The notes under the pieces were generated by a model. It made no database searches. It was not told the origin of the DNA and was given only the letters and a program-made list of their open reading frames with translations. Both the position numbers and the translations under genes were made by a program. From Candidatus Aerophobota bacterium (lineage in GTDB: Bacteria; Aerophobota; Aerophobia; Aerophobales; JAGGXI01), in the NCBI GenBank assembly GCA_021163155.1, contig JAGGXI010000072.1, positions 1 to 49,221 on the forward strand: DNA of 49,221 nucleotides, read 5' to 3'. This document shows positions 20,727 to 31,438 of this stretch, in pieces. How positions within the stretch are numbered: the stretch's first letter is position 1; every line of letters begins with the position of its first letter.

Positions 20727-22010
20727 TTAACCTCCTGTCTTTATAAACCCTTTATAATGTCTCATTAATAGATGAGACTCTACCTGTTGAACCGTATCCA
20801 AAGCTACTCCTACAGCTATAAGGATAGAAGTTCCTCCAAAAGGAAAACTATTAAATAAAAATTTTTCATTAATTATAGAAGGCAAAATAGCTATAGCAGC
20901 AAAAAATAGAGCACCTATAAATGTTACTCTAGTAAGAATATTTGTAATATACTCAGCTGTAGCTCTTCCTGGACGTAGACCCGGAATAAATCCACCATAC
21001 TTACGCATATTATCTGCTACTTCTACAGGGTTGAAAACCACTGCTGTATAGAAAAAAGTAAAAAATATAACAGCCAAAGCATATAAAATATAATAAAGAA
21101 GCGTACCTGGACTTAACCAACGAGCAATTGTTTGAGTGATAGGATGAGAGATAAATCTAGCAATAGTTGAAGGAAAAATAAGAATAGCTATAGCGAAAAT
21201 TATAGCAATTACCCCTACCCCTCCTATACGAATAGGAAGATAAGTAGTTTGGCCCCCATAGATTTTTCTTCCCACAACTCTTCGCGCATAACGAATAGGA
21301 ATCCTTCTCTCTCCTTCGTAAATAAGCACTACAGAAGCAGTTATCAATATACCTATTATAACAAAAATAAAGAGGAGAAAAGGACTTAATTGGCCTGTCT
21401 TTAATATTTTAATAACATTCCCTGACATTGGGCGAATACGAGCTACAATTCCCGCAAAGATAATCATAGATATCCCATTTCCTATACCTCTTTCTGTTAT
21501 CTTCTCTCCTAACCACATTATAAATATAGTTCCAGTAACCAGAGTTAACACAGCAGGTAAAATAAAACTAATTCCTTGAGTCACTACAAAAGCACCGTTA
21601 TTTATACTTTGAAGCCAAAGAGTCAATGCAATTCCCTGGATAGCAGAGATGGGGAGAGTAAAATACCGTGCATATTGATTAATCTTTTTTCTTCCTTCCT
21701 CTCCCTCTTTACTTAATTGCTCAAGATAAGGGATAGCTATTGTTAAAAGTTGTAGAATAATAGAAGCACTAATATAAGGCATTATTCCTAAAGCAAAAAT
21801 AGACATTCGCCCCAGTGCCCCTCCAGCAAAAATATTCATCAACCCAAATGATCCTGTTTGAAAGATAGGACTATTAGTAAGAGCAGCCACATTTATCCCC
21901 GGGATAGGGATAAAAGAGCCGAACCTGAAAACTAAAAATATCCCTAATGTAAAGAGTATTTTTTTTCGTAATTCAGGAACTTTAAAAATATTTTGTACTC
22001 TTTCCCACAT
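20727..22010 (-). CDS. secY: Preprotein translocase SecY
   Basis: SIFALGIMPYISASII, GIGNGIS, IPGLRPG and GGTSILI. Confidence 0.98.
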   Translation of the reverse strand: MWERVQNIFKVPELRKKILFTLGIFLVFRFGSFIPIPGINVAALTNSPIFQTGSFGLMNIFAGGALGRMSIFALGIMPYISASIILQLLTIAIPYLEQLSKEGEEGRKKINQYARYFTLPISAIQGIALTLWLQSINNGAFVVTQGISFILPAVLTLVTGTIFIMWLGEKITERGIGNGISMIIFAGIVARIRPMSGNVIKILKTGQLSPFLLFIFVIIGILITASVVLIYEGERRIPIRYARRVVGRKIYGGQTTYLPIRIGGVGVIAIIFAIAILIFPSTIARFISHPITQTIARWLSPGTLLYYILYALAVIFFTFFYTAVVFNPVEVADNMRKYGGFIPGLRPGRATAEYITNILTRVTFIGALFFAAIAILPSIINEKFLFNSFPFGGTSILIAVGVALDTVQQVESHLLMRHYKGFIKTGG

Positions 22011-22441
22011 TATATAACCTCTACCATTCCTTTCACTTCTTCTATCTTCTCTTGAGCTTTCTTAGAAAATGCATGAGCTCTCACCTTTAATGAACGATAC
22101 AGATTACCTTGAGCCAAAATTTTAATTTTTCCTCCTTTTTTAATTAAACCTGCCTTTTTTAATACCTCGGGAGTAACTATTTCCCCTTCTTTAAATATAT
22201 TTAAATCTCCTACATTTATTATCTGATTCTTTTCATTAGAAGATCTATTAAATCCCCTTTTAGGAATTCTTCTTACTAAAGGCATCTGTCCGCCTTCAAA
22301 CCATTTAGCTATTTTAGAACGAGCTTTTTGACCATTCTGACCTCGACAAGAAGTTTTGCCATGTCCTGAACTCCTGCCCCTTCCTACTCTCTTCTTCCTA
22401 TGAATAGCCTTAGAAGAAGACTTAAATATCAATAAGTCCAT
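22010..22441 (-). CDS. rplO: 50S ribosomal protein L15
   Basis: RVGRG.SSGHGKT and FEGGQMPL.RRIPKRGF. Confidence 0.97.
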   Translation of the reverse strand: MDLLIFKSSSKAIHRKKRVGRGRSSGHGKTSCRGQNGQKARSKIAKWFEGGQMPLVRRIPKRGFNRSSNEKNQIINVGDLNIFKEGEIVTPEVLKKAGLIKKGGKIKILAQGNLYRSLKVRAHAFSKKAQEKIEEVKGMVEVI

Positions 22442-22508
22442 TAATTAATGCCTCCTTTAAATAATTCAGAATTAAGAACTAAAAACTAAGAAAAGCCTCC
22501 TTAAAATC

Positions 22509-23054
22509 TTAGCTCTTAATGTTATTATCTTTCCCTCTTAATTGAAGCACTTTTTGGGGATCTTTTAATTTTTTTAAACCTTCAAGTGTAGCTTTAGATA
22601 AATTAAGAGAGTTATTATTTCCTAAAGACTTAGTTAAAATATCTTTTATTCCAGCTAATTCAACTACCGCTCTCACTGCCCCTCCAGCAATTACACCTGT
22701 TCCTAAAGAAGCCGGCTTAAGAAGAACACGAGAAGCTCCATATTTTCCTATTACCTGATAAGGAATAGTATTATTTTTAAGAAAAATACAAGTTAAATTT
22801 TTTTCTGCTTTTTTTCTCCCTTTTGCTATTGCTTCAACTAATTCTTTCGCTTTTCCCAAACCTAAACCTACTCGCCCATTTTGGTCTCCTACCACCACTA
22901 AAGCATTAAAACCTATTTTTCTGCCACCTTTAACTACAGTGAAGACTCTTCTTACCCTTATTAATCTCTCTTCAAGTTTATTTGCAACCTCAACTTTATC
23001 TATATCACTTTTCCTTAAAGAATTATTCTTTCCAGCTATCTTTTGCACTCTCAA
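22509..23054 (-). CDS. rpsE: 30S ribosomal protein S5
   Basis: VVKGGR, ALVVVGD and GTGVIAGG. Exact start uncertain. Confidence 0.96.
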   Translation of the reverse strand: MRVQKIAGKNNSLRKSDIDKVEVANKLEERLIRVRRVFTVVKGGRKIGFNALVVVGDQNGRVGLGLGKAKELVEAIAKGRKKAEKNLTCIFLKNNTIPYQVIGKYGASRVLLKPASLGTGVIAGGAVRAVVELAGIKDILTKSLGNNNSLNLSKATLEGLKKLKDPQKVLQLRGKDNNIKS

Positions 23055-23128
23055 TCTCCCTCTTTATAAAATTTAAAATTGAGAACTAAAAGTTTAGAGA
23101 TAAGAAAACAAGATGAACCTCTTTGTAA

Positions 23129-23162
23129 ACCCTGTTAAATAGAGAAGCTTATTTAGCAGGCT
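23129..23162. repeat. Palindromic ACCCYGTTARA-family repeat
   Basis: accctgttaaata ... tatttagcaggg hairpin. Confidence 0.6.
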
Positions 23163-23206
23163 AAACCTTAATTCTATTTATAGTGGCCTTAAATTAATAC
23201 ATTCAG

Positions 23207-23554
23207 TTAAAATTTTAGCCCTTCTTCTCGTAGACTTTCTGCTAAGGCCTTTATTCGTCCATGATAGATATAACCGCTGCGATCAAATACTAATTGATTT
23301 ATCCCTTTATTCTTAGCTTTTTTACCCAGCTCCTCTCCTAATTTTTCAGCTATCTTTAAATTTTTAGCACAAAAACCTTCTTCTTTTACAGAAGAGACTG
23401 AAACTAATGTTTCACTTCGTTCATCATTTATCAATTGAGCATATAAATATTTATTACTTTTATAAACTGAAAGCCTTGGTATATCCTGTGTACCAAAAAT
23501 TTTTTTTCTAACTCTCTTCCTTTTCCTTTCTCTTAATAAATATTTCTTTTTCAT
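23207..23554 (-). CDS. rplR: 50S ribosomal protein L18
   Basis: PRLSVYKSN and VFDRSGYIYHGRI. Confidence 0.97.
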   Translation of the reverse strand: MKKKYLLRERKRKRVRKKIFGTQDIPRLSVYKSNKYLYAQLINDERSETLVSVSSVKEEGFCAKNLKIAEKLGEELGKKAKNKGINQLVFDRSGYIYHGRIKALAESLREEGLKF

Positions 23555-23558
23555 TTTA

Positions 23559-24113
23559 CTATCCTGCCTTCGCTCCCAACGCTGCCTTTTTGCCTACCTT
23601 ACGTCTTACTAATTCTCCTTTATACCTAATCCCTTTCCCTTTATATGGTTCAGGTTTTTTAAAAGCCCTAATTTCTGCAGCTACCTCTCCCACCATTTGC
23701 TTATCAAGACCAAAAACTCTAATTTTATTAGGGCTAATTAACTTTATATCCACTTGCTGGGGAGGAGTATATTTAACAAAATGAGAATATCCTAAACTTA
23801 AAACCAAATTCCTATCTTTTAGTTCAGCTTTATAACCTATCCCTACAATTTCAAGATTTTTTTCAAAACCATCTATTACTCCCTTTACCATATTCGATAT
23901 AAGACTGCGGAGCATCCCTTGTAAAGATTTGCTTTGCTTATCATCTCTTATCTTTCCTACCAAAATCTGTCTATCTTTAAAGGTTACTTTGCATAATGAA
24001 GGAATTACCTTTTTTAACTTTCCTTTAGGCCCTTTTACTTTAATTTCATCTTTATCTATTTCTACCTCTACTCCTGTAGGAACTACTATCGGTTTTCTAC
24101 CTACTCTGGACAT
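23559..24113 (-). CDS. rplF: 50S ribosomal protein L6
   Basis: MSRVGRKP, VKGPKG and PEPYKGKGIRY. Confidence 0.98.
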   Translation of the reverse strand: MSRVGRKPIVVPTGVEVEIDKDEIKVKGPKGKLKKVIPSLCKVTFKDRQILVGKIRDDKQSKSLQGMLRSLISNMVKGVIDGFEKNLEIVGIGYKAELKDRNLVLSLGYSHFVKYTPPQQVDIKLISPNKIRVFGLDKQMVGEVAAEIRAFKKPEPYKGKGIRYKGELVRRKVGKKAALGAKAG

Positions 24114-24161
24114 AATTAAAAACTCCTCTTCTTCATAATTCAGAATTAAAAAAATCTTTTA

Positions 24162-24248
24162 ACCCCTATTAGAAAAAGCTTTGGACCCTCTCAACACATT
24201 AATTTTTAATCTCCACCCTTATGGATGAAACCTTTTTTCTAACGGGGT
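24162..24248. repeat. ACCCYGTTARA-family element with terminal inverted repeats
   Basis: acccctattagaaaaag ... cttttttctaacggggt. Confidence 0.6.
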
Positions 24249-24288
24249 AAACCTTAGTTTTCAATGCTTAATTCTATTTATATTATTA

Positions 24289-24684
24289 TCACCAAATATA
24301 ACAAAGTATCTCTCCTCCTACTCCTAACTTACGCGCCTCTTTACCAGTAACTATTCCTTTAGAGGTAGAAAGAATACATACTCCGAGACCATCCAATAAA
24401 TTGGGCAACTTCTCCTTATTAACATATACACGCCTACCTGGCTTACTAACTCGTTCTAAATGAGTAATTACTCTCTCTCCTTTATTTCCATATTTTAAAT
24501 ATATCAAGAGACTCTTCTTTTGTTCTTTTTCAATAACATTATATCCTTTGATAAAACCCTCTTTTTTAAGAACAGAGACTATCTTTTCTTTAAAATTAGA
24601 AGTTGGAAGCTTAACTTTATTTTTAAAAATTAAATTTGCATTCCTGATTCTTGTAAGCAGATCAGCAACAGGATCATTCACCAT
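24289..24684 (-). CDS. rpsH: 30S ribosomal protein S8
   Basis: DPVADLLTRIRNA, SKPGRRVY and STSKG. Confidence 0.98.
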   Translation of the reverse strand: MVNDPVADLLTRIRNANLIFKNKVKLPTSNFKEKIVSVLKKEGFIKGYNVIEKEQKKSLLIYLKYGNKGERVITHLERVSKPGRRVYVNKEKLPNLLDGLGVCILSTSKGIVTGKEARKLGVGGEILCYIW

Positions 24685-24701
24685 CTCAACCCTCCTTTAT
24701 T

Positions 24702-24887
24702 TTACCAACTTGCCTTTTTTACTCCAGGGATATGACCTTCATGAGCTAAATAACGAAAACAGATCCTGCATAAACCAAATTTTCTTATATAACCCCTTGG
24801 ACGACCACAAATTTGGCATCTATTATGAAAACGAACTTTAAACTTTGGTTCTTTTTTACTCTTTTCAATTAAGCACTTTTTGGCCAT
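24702..24887 (-). CDS. rpsN: 30S ribosomal protein S14, zinc-binding (type Z)
   Basis: 61 aa; [22 protein letters not shown]. Confidence 0.97.
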   Translation of the reverse strand: MAKKCLIEKSKKEPKFKVRFHNRCQICGRPRGYIRKFGLCRICFRYLAHEGHIPGVKKASW

Positions 24888-24938
24888 TTTTTAAACCTTT
24901 CTTTATCATTCTATGTTCAACCAAGCTCTCTCATCTCC

Positions 24939-25484
24939 TTAACGTTTCTTCTTGAAAGGCATCCCAAGCGAGACAAGTAGCTCTATCGCTTCTTCATTTT
25001 CTTCAGCAGTAGTAACTATTGTTATAGATAAGCCCTGATTTTTACTCATTTCTTCGTAACCTACTTCCGGAAAAACCAAAAACTCCGATATTCCTAAAGT
25101 AAAATTGCCTTTTCCATCGAATCCTTTTGGAGAAATACCCTGAAAATCCCGAATTCTCGGTATAGCCAAATTGAACAATCTGTCTAAGAATTCATACATT
25201 CTCTCGTTTCTAAGGGTAATCTTGCACCCTATAGGAGTTCCTTTTCTCAAGGAAAAACCAGCTATAGACTTCTTGGCTTTTGTAACTACAGGTTGTTGCC
25301 CAGTAATTAAAGCAAGACTTTTTTTTGCTTGCTCCAACAACTTAGGCTCATTTTTAGCATTACCTAATCCTACATTAACACAAACCTTTTCAATTTTAGG
25401 AACTTCCATTTCATTTTTGTAGCCAAATTTTTTAATCATTATTGGAATAGACTCTTTTTTATATACTTCTTTTAATTTAACCAT
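24939..25484 (-). CDS. rplE: 50S ribosomal protein L5
   Basis: ITGQQP, AKKSIAGF, PRIRDF and FDGKGN. Confidence 0.98.
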   Translation of the reverse strand: MVKLKEVYKKESIPIMIKKFGYKNEMEVPKIEKVCVNVGLGNAKNEPKLLEQAKKSLALITGQQPVVTKAKKSIAGFSLRKGTPIGCKITLRNERMYEFLDRLFNLAIPRIRDFQGISPKGFDGKGNFTLGISEFLVFPEVGYEEMSKNQGLSITIVTTAEENEEAIELLVSLGMPFKKKR

Positions 25485-25627
25485 TTTTATTACCGCTCCT
25501 GATTAGGATGAACAAAATTTATAATAGAAAAAGAGAAATAGAATCCAATTGGATTTTATTTATAAATCTACAAAAGATTTAGTTAATGTTTTTTCATTCT
25601 GGATTCTTAATTCTGAATCCTTAATTC

Positions 25628-25945
25628 TCAATCTATTACCTCTCCGCATTTTTTACAAAATCTTAATTTTCTCTCCTCTTCTTTCGAATATTTTATTCCT
25701 ATTCTCGTCCTTTTTCCACAACGTGAACACACTAGCATTATATTACTCGCATGAATAGAAGCTTCTCTCTCCACTATTCCACTCGCCTGACCTTTCCGAG
25801 TGGGTCTTATATGTTTTTTTACAATATTAATACCTTCTACGATTAGTTTGTCTTCTTTAAAAACTCTTCCCGTTACCTTGCCTCGTTTTCCTTTATCTTT
25901 TCCAGAAAGAACTACTACTTCATCTCCTACCTTTATTCTGGACAT
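25628..25945 (-). CDS. rplX: 50S ribosomal protein L24
   Basis: GDEVVVLSGKDKGK KOW motif and HASN. Confidence 0.97.
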   Translation of the reverse strand: MSRIKVGDEVVVLSGKDKGKRGKVTGRVFKEDKLIVEGINIVKKHIRPTRKGQASGIVEREASIHASNIMLVCSRCGKRTRIGIKYSKEEERKLRFCKKCGEVID

Positions 25946-26107
25946 TTATCCACCTCAATTATTAAATTTAAACTATCTATTTTTTCTAAAAACTAAGCTA
26001 ACCAGTCTACCACCTGCGAGCCCTCTAAATTGTATTATTCTAAATTTTGTTTATTTGACATTATTTATGATTAGATATTAAAATTTATTATTTCACCTTT
26101 TTTATAG

Positions 26108-26476
26108 CTATAATACTTCGGGGGCCAAAGAAATTATCTTCATAAATTTCTTTTCTCTCAATTCTCGGGTTACGGGACCAAAAATTCTTGTTCCCCGAGG
26201 ATTACCTGCGGTATCAATTAATACCGCTGCATTCTCATTAAATCTAATATATGACCCATCTTTCCGCCGTATCTCTTTCTTTGTTCTTACAACTACTGCT
26301 TTAACTATCTCACCCTTTTTTATTCCTGTATTAGGAATGGCCTTCTTTACTGAAGCTACTATCATATCGCCTATTCGAGCATAACGACGTGAAGAGCCTC
26401 CCATTACTCTTATACACATTATCCTCTTTGCACCAGTATTATCCGCGACTTCGAGTTGAGTTTGAAGCTGAATCAT
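26108..26476 (-). CDS. rplN: 50S ribosomal protein L14
   Basis: [15 protein letters not shown] and SLAPEVL. Confidence 0.98.
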   Translation of the reverse strand: MIQLQTQLEVADNTGAKRIMCIRVMGGSSRRYARIGDMIVASVKKAIPNTGIKKGEIVKAVVVRTKKEIRRKDGSYIRFNENAAVLIDTAGNPRGTRIFGPVTRELREKKFMKIISLAPEVL

Positions 26477-26733
26477 CCTACTTCTTCTCTCCTTTTTATA
26501 ATTTCAACCACACGCCAATGCTTATCTTTACTTAAAGGTCTAGTTTCTACTATCCTTACAATATCTCCCTCTCGGCATCTATTATCTTCACTATGAGCTT
26601 TTATATTCTTTTTTCTTCGTATTGTTTTACCATACAAAGGATGGGTAAATTCACGTTTAATGCAAATTACAACTGTTTTATCCATTTTATCACTTACCAC
26701 TTCTCCTATTCTTTCCTTAATTTTCCTTCCCAT
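26473..26733 (-). CDS. rpsQ: 30S ribosomal protein S17
   Basis: [15 protein letters not shown] and ETRPLSK. Confidence 0.97.
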   Translation of the reverse strand: MGRKIKERIGEVVSDKMDKTVVICIKREFTHPLYGKTIRRKKNIKAHSEDNRCREGDIVRIVETRPLSKDKHWRVVEIIKRREEVG

Positions 26734-26741
26734 CTTTTCTC

Positions 26742-26954
26742 CTATTTAGCTTTAGCTACTTTTCCTTTCTCTCGAAGTAGAGTATTTACTCTCGCTGCTG
26801 CCTTTTTTACATCTTTAACTTTTGAGAAATTTGTCATCCTACCTTGAGCTATCTGTATTCTAATGTTTAACCATTCTTTTTTCAAATCTCCAAGATATTG
26901 ACGAAGATCCACTTCATTTAAATCCCTTAGCTCATCTATTCTCATAATATTCAT
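26742..26954 (-). CDS. rpmC: 50S ribosomal protein L29
   Basis: Position between rplP and rpsQ; ELRDL...ARVNTL. Start may be 26945. Confidence 0.9.
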   Translation of the reverse strand: MNIMRIDELRDLNEVDLRQYLGDLKKEWLNIRIQIAQGRMTNFSKVKDVKKAAARVNTLLREKGKVAKAK

Positions 26955-27376
26955 AACAGTATGCTCTCTTTTAAAGAAATAACTTTTGTTTTAAGGGGAA
27001 GTTTACAGGAAGCTAAACGAAAAGCTTCTTTAGCTTTTTTCTCTACCACTCCCTCTAATTCAAAAAGAACCCTTCCCGGTTTAACTGGAGCTACCCAGTA
27101 TTCCGGCTCTCCTTTTCCTTTACCCATACGTGTTTCCAAAGGTTTCTTCGTAATTACCTTATCCGGAAAAATTCTAATCCATACTCGTCCCTCTTTTCCT
27201 ATAGAACGAACCATTGTAATTCTTGTTGATTCTATTTGACGTGCAGTTATCCAACTGCATTCCTCAGCCATTAAACCATACTCTCCAAAATTTAGTCTTG
27301 TTCCTTTCGAAGCTTTTCCCTTCATTCTTCCTTTTTGAGTTTTTCTATATTTTGTTCTTTTTGGCTGCAATCTCAT
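26951..27376 (-). CDS. rplP: 50S ribosomal protein L16
   Basis: [15 protein letters not shown] and RMGKGKG. Confidence 0.98.
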   Translation of the reverse strand: MRLQPKRTKYRKTQKGRMKGKASKGTRLNFGEYGLMAEECSWITARQIESTRITMVRSIGKEGRVWIRIFPDKVITKKPLETRMGKGKGEPEYWVAPVKPGRVLFELEGVVEKKAKEAFRLASCKLPLKTKVISLKESILL

Positions 27377-27391
27377 CTATAAATTCTCCTT

Positions 27392-28030
27392 TTAAACTGG
27401 GGAAAATATCTCCCCTTTGCATATCCACACTTTTACCCCAATACATCCATAAGTAGTATGAGCAGTAGCTGTTCCATAATCAATGTCTGCCCTTATAGTA
27501 TGCAGAGGAACTCTTCCTTCCTTCATCCATTCTTTTCGAGCTATCTCTGCTCCATTAATCCTTCCCTGGCAGGAAATTTTAGCTCCTTCAGCGCCTGATT
27601 CCATTATTCGTGAAATAGCCTGTCTCATTACTTTCTTTGCTCCCATCTTTTTTTTCAATTGAGAAACAATTTTTTTAGCTACTAGTCGAGAGTCTACTTC
27701 TGGCCGTTTTACTTCTTGGACATTTAATAAAATTTTGTTGTTTTCCCCCGTTAATTTTTCTACTTTCTGTTTAGTTTTTTCAATAGCTTCACCTTTTTTC
27801 CCAATAATAATACCGGGACGAGCAACAAAAATATTTATTCGTATCTTACTCGCTGCTCTTTCTATTAAAATCCTTGAAACATTGGCTTTTTTGAACCTCT
27901 CTTCGAGAAAACGGCGTATCAATAAGTCTTCATGAAGATAACATGCATATTTTTTTTCTTCATACCATTCACTTTTCCATTTTCTAGTTATTCCTAATCT
28001 AAAGCCTTCCGGATTAACTTTTTGCCCCAC
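27392..28030 (-). CDS. rpsC: 30S ribosomal protein S3
   Basis: GQKVNP.GFRLG, RPGIIIGK and VPLHTIRADIDY. Start trimmed to the GTG at 28030. Confidence 0.97.
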   Translation of the reverse strand: MGQKVNPEGFRLGITRKWKSEWYEEKKYACYLHEDLLIRRFLEERFKKANVSRILIERAASKIRINIFVARPGIIIGKKGEAIEKTKQKVEKLTGENNKILLNVQEVKRPEVDSRLVAKKIVSQLKKKMGAKKVMRQAISRIMESGAEGAKISCQGRINGAEIARKEWMKEGRVPLHTIRADIDYGTATAHTTYGCIGVKVWICKGEIFSPV

Positions 28031-28034
28031 TGCC

Positions 28035-28373
28035 TTATTTCCCCCTTTCTTCAAGGATTACTGTAATATGTGAAGTTCTTCGACGCATTAAATCAGCTCT
28101 TCCTCTTGCCCTGGGTCTTGTTCTTTTAAGAGTAGGGCCTTTATCTACTAAAGCCTTCTTTATATAAAGATTATCAGGAGTTAACCCAAAGTTATTTTTA
28201 GCATTAGATAAAGCTGATTCCAGAACCTTCTCTACCACTCGAGTATGTTTCTTAGTTACAAAACTTAAGATATTCCTTGCTTTTTCTATCTGTTTTCCTT
28301 GAATAAGTTCAGTGATTTTCTTTATTTTAAAAGGAGAAACTCTTACATACTTTGCTGTAGCTTTCACTTCCAT
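28035..28373 (-). CDS. rplV: 50S ribosomal protein L22
   Basis: VRVSPFK, GPTLKR.RPRARGRA and SHITV. Start trimmed to the ATG at 28373. Confidence 0.97.
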   Translation of the reverse strand: MEVKATAKYVRVSPFKIKKITELIQGKQIEKARNILSFVTKKHTRVVEKVLESALSNAKNNFGLTPDNLYIKKALVDKGPTLKRTRPRARGRADLMRRRTSHITVILEERGK

Positions 28374-28413
28374 TAATAAACCCTTTCTCACTTCTTACGT
28401 CTTACTTCTCACT

Positions 28414-28698
28414 TTATTTCGGTGAAACAGTCCTCTTTGTATGCGCTCCATGACGAGTAAACTTGCGAGTAGGAGCAAATTCACCCAATTTATGTCCCAC
28501 CATATCCTCTGTGATATAAACATGGATAAATTCCCTGCCATTATGAACAGCAAAGGTATATCCTACAAATTCGGGAATAATTATAGATCTACGGGACCAT
28601 GTCTTAATGGGCAACCTTTTCCCCTCTTTTCTCACTTTCTCTGTCTTTTTTAACAAACATTCCTGCACATACGGACCTTTTTTAAGCGAACGGCCCAT
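28414..28698 (-). CDS. rpsS: 30S ribosomal protein S19
   Basis: RSLKKGP, KTWSRRS and [11 protein letters not shown]. Confidence 0.98.
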   Translation of the reverse strand: MGRSLKKGPYVQECLLKKTEKVRKEGKRLPIKTWSRRSIIIPEFVGYTFAVHNGREFIHVYITEDMVGHKLGEFAPTRKFTRHGAHTKRTVSPK

Positions 28699-28724
28699 TT
28701 AACTTCCTCTCTTCTTTCTAAAAA

Positions 28725-29567
28725 TCATCTTTTTCTCTTTTTCTTTTTTCTTCCTTGAATAATTAATTTATCAGAGGGTTCACCCTTTTTTCTTGTTATT
28801 TTACCTTTAGTAGGAACTCCCCATGGGGTTACTGGATGCCTTCCTGGACCACTACGTCCCTCTCCTCCTCCATGAGGATGATCTATAGGATTCATAGCTG
28901 ACCCTCTGACTTTTGGACGTCTGCCCAGCCACCTTGACTTCCCAGCTTTACCTATTGTCACATTCTCATAGTCTACATTACTCACTCTACCCAAAGTAGC
29001 TTTACATTCTAAAGAAATTAAACGAACTTCTCCAGAAGGAAGCTTAATTTGCGCATATTTTCCTTCATTTGCTAAAATTTGTGCAAACGTCCCTGCAGAA
29101 CGAACTAACTGTCCTCCTCCACCCTTATTTAATTCAATATTATAAATAAAACTCCCCTCAGGAATCCTTCGCAAAGGAAGAGCATTACCAACCTTCAAAG
29201 GGACATTTTCACCTGAAATTACCTCATCACCTTTTCTTAAATCCGTTGGAGCAATTATATATCTTTTTTCTCCATCCCTATAATGAAGAAGAGCAATTCT
29301 TGCTGACCTATTAGGATCATATTCAATAGAAGCAACATCAGCAGGAATCTCTTCTTTATCCCTTTTAAAATCGATTAAGCGATATTTTCTTTTTGCTCCC
29401 CCGCCTTTATGCCGAACAGTAATTTTACCCTGATTATTCCTACCGCTATTTTTCTTTAACCCGACAACAAGTCTTTTTTCGCTTTTCTTACGGGTAATCT
29501 CAGAAAACTGAGAAACGCTACCCCATCTTCTTCCAGGAGAAGTAGGTTTATATTCCTTTATGCCCAT
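28725..29567 (-). CDS. rplB: 50S ribosomal protein L2
   Basis: EYDPNRSA and [13 protein letters not shown]. Confidence 0.98.
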   Translation of the reverse strand: MGIKEYKPTSPGRRWGSVSQFSEITRKKSEKRLVVGLKKNSGRNNQGKITVRHKGGGAKRKYRLIDFKRDKEEIPADVASIEYDPNRSARIALLHYRDGEKRYIIAPTDLRKGDEVISGENVPLKVGNALPLRRIPEGSFIYNIELNKGGGGQLVRSAGTFAQILANEGKYAQIKLPSGEVRLISLECKATLGRVSNVDYENVTIGKAGKSRWLGRRPKVRGSAMNPIDHPHGGGEGRSGPGRHPVTPWGVPTKGKITRKKGEPSDKLIIQGRKKKKRKR

Positions 29568-29568
29568 T

Positions 29569-29859
29569 CTATACTCCTAATTCATCAATACTCTCTCCCT
29601 GCTTTAATTTAACTATAGCTTTTTTCCAAGAAGGAGTTTTTCCTGTAATTCGCCCTCGCCATCGGCGATTCTTTCCTCTAACATGCATAGTTCTTACATT
29701 ATCGACTCTTACCCCAAATGCTTCCTCCACCGCCTTTCTTATCTCTACCTTATTTGAGGTTGGAGAAACTTTAAACACATACTTATTCTCCTTTAAAAGT
29801 CGGGTACTTTTTTCTGAAATTAGAGGTTGTAGAATAATATCCTGGGGAGCTCTACTCAT
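29569..29859 (-). CDS. rplW: 50S ribosomal protein L23
   Basis: [17 protein letters not shown] and WKKAIVKL. Confidence 0.97.
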   Translation of the reverse strand: MSRAPQDIILQPLISEKSTRLLKENKYVFKVSPTSNKVEIRKAVEEAFGVRVDNVRTMHVRGKNRRWRGRITGKTPSWKKAIVKLKQGESIDELGV

Positions 29860-30481
29860 TTTTTTTCAACCTTTCTATAATATCAATTAAAGCTTCTTTA
29901 GTCAAGCATAAATTACGATGAGAGAAAATATCATATCCACAAACTGTAGAAACATAACAGATACATAATTGTTTCAAATTAGAAGATGACCTTATCGCTC
30001 TTTCGTCCTTTTGATCTAAAACAAGCAGAGTCTTCCCTTTCAAAGAAAACTTCTGAAGAAAACTTACCATTTCTTTTGTTTTGGCAGTCTTTAAAGATAT
30101 TTTATCTAAAATAAGAAGATTACCCTCCTTAAATTTTTTTACTAAACTGTATCTTAAAGCTGCACGTTTAACCTTCTTCGAGAGATGAGATTTAAACTTC
30201 CTCGGTTTTGGCCCAAAAATAATCCCTCCTCCAACCCAAAGAGGAGAACGAATAGTGCCTGCTCTTGCTCTTCCCGTCCCTTTCTGCACCCAAGGCTTTC
30301 TACCTCCTCCTTTGACTTCACTTCTTCCTTTTGTAGAAACTGTCCCTTGACGGTGATTATCTAAATAAGCTAATAATGCTTCTCTTAACAAAGTATCCTT
30401 TATCTCTTTGTTAAATATATCTTCAATTAAATCGATTTTCCCACTCTCTTTGCCTTCCATGTCATAAACTTTTAATTCCAT
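29852..30481 (-). CDS. rplD: 50S ribosomal protein L4
   Basis: GGGRKPW.QKGTGRARAG and GGG..FGPKPR. Confidence 0.98.
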   Translation of the reverse strand: MELKVYDMEGKESGKIDLIEDIFNKEIKDTLLREALLAYLDNHRQGTVSTKGRSEVKGGGRKPWVQKGTGRARAGTIRSPLWVGGGIIFGPKPRKFKSHLSKKVKRAALRYSLVKKFKEGNLLILDKISLKTAKTKEMVSFLQKFSLKGKTLLVLDQKDERAIRSSSNLKQLCICYVSTVCGYDIFSHRNLCLTKEALIDIIERLKKNE

Positions 30482-30483
30482 CT

Positions 30484-31128
30484 CTAACCTTTTTCTACTA
30501 AAGTATTTTTAACTTTTTTTATAGTCAATAACCCACCGTTTTTCCCTGGTAGAGCCCCTTTAATTAAAAGAAAATCCCTTTTCTCATCGACTTTCACCAC
30601 CATTAAATTACGAACGGTCACCTTCCCCCCTCCCATTCTTCCAGGCATTTTTTTGCCCTTAAATACTCGAGAAGGATCGGAAGATGCTCCTATGGAACCC
30701 GGTCGACGATGCCACTGTTTAGCCCCGTGAGAAGCAGGCCCTCCTTTGAAATTATGCCTCTTCATTACTCCCGCAAACCCTTTCCCTTTCGAGATGCCAC
30801 TAACATCCACTAAATCACCCTCTTTAAAAATGTTAACTTTAATCTCATCCCCTACTTCTACCTGATCAATGTCATCTGTTCTTACTTCTTTTAGATATCT
30901 TTGCGGAATAACTCCTCCCTTCTTGAAATGTCCCAATAAAGGCTTTGTAATTCGACTTTTTTTTATTTCCCCAAATCCAAGCTGAATAGCATTATAACCA
31001 TCTTTTTTTTCTGTCTTTTTTTGAATTACTTTGCAAGGTCCTGCTGCCACTACTGCTATAGGAACAAGTGCATCTTTATCAAAAAGTTGAGTCATTCCCA
31101 CTTTTTTACCCAAAATTACTTCCATCAT
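30484..31128 (-). CDS. rplC: 50S ribosomal protein L3
   Basis: [18 protein letters not shown] and RRPGSIG. Confidence 0.98.
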   Translation of the reverse strand: MMEVILGKKVGMTQLFDKDALVPIAVVAAGPCKVIQKKTEKKDGYNAIQLGFGEIKKSRITKPLLGHFKKGGVIPQRYLKEVRTDDIDQVEVGDEIKVNIFKEGDLVDVSGISKGKGFAGVMKRHNFKGGPASHGAKQWHRRPGSIGASSDPSRVFKGKKMPGRMGGGKVTVRNLMVVKVDEKRDFLLIKGALPGKNGGLLTIKKVKNTLVEKG

Positions 31129-31433
31129 AGCTTAACCTCTACATTAACCCCAGTGGGGAGAGTTATTGCCATCAAGGCATCTACTGTTTTAGGGTTAGAT
31201 TCAAGAATATCTATCAATCTTTTATGAATTCTCATCTCAAACTGCTCCCGAGAATCTTTATGAGTATGAGGAGAACGAAGCACAGTAAATCTACTAATCC
31301 TCGTGGGTAAAGGAATAGGCCCACAAATTTTTGCTCCTGTATTCTCTATCGTCTCCACAATCTTTTTTACAGATTGATCCAATATTCTATAGTCATAAGC
31401 TTTTAATTTAATTCTAATTTTCTGCTTAGGCAT
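31125..31433 (-). CDS. rpsJ: 30S ribosomal protein S10
   Basis: [16 protein letters not shown] and SREQFE. Start trimmed to the ATG at 31433. Confidence 0.98.
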   Translation of the reverse strand: MPKQKIRIKLKAYDYRILDQSVKKIVETIENTGAKICGPIPLPTRISRFTVLRSPHTHKDSREQFEMRIHKRLIDILESNPKTVDALMAITLPTGVNVEVKL

Positions 31434-31438
31434 TTTTT

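Noticed and set aside
26055-26084. Plus-strand TTGACA-N18-TAAAAT, a possible antisense promoter
   Set aside because: It lies in an AT-rich repeat-like spacer and points against the operon with no gene to drive. It is noted as a counter-example to the 16-bp spacer pattern.
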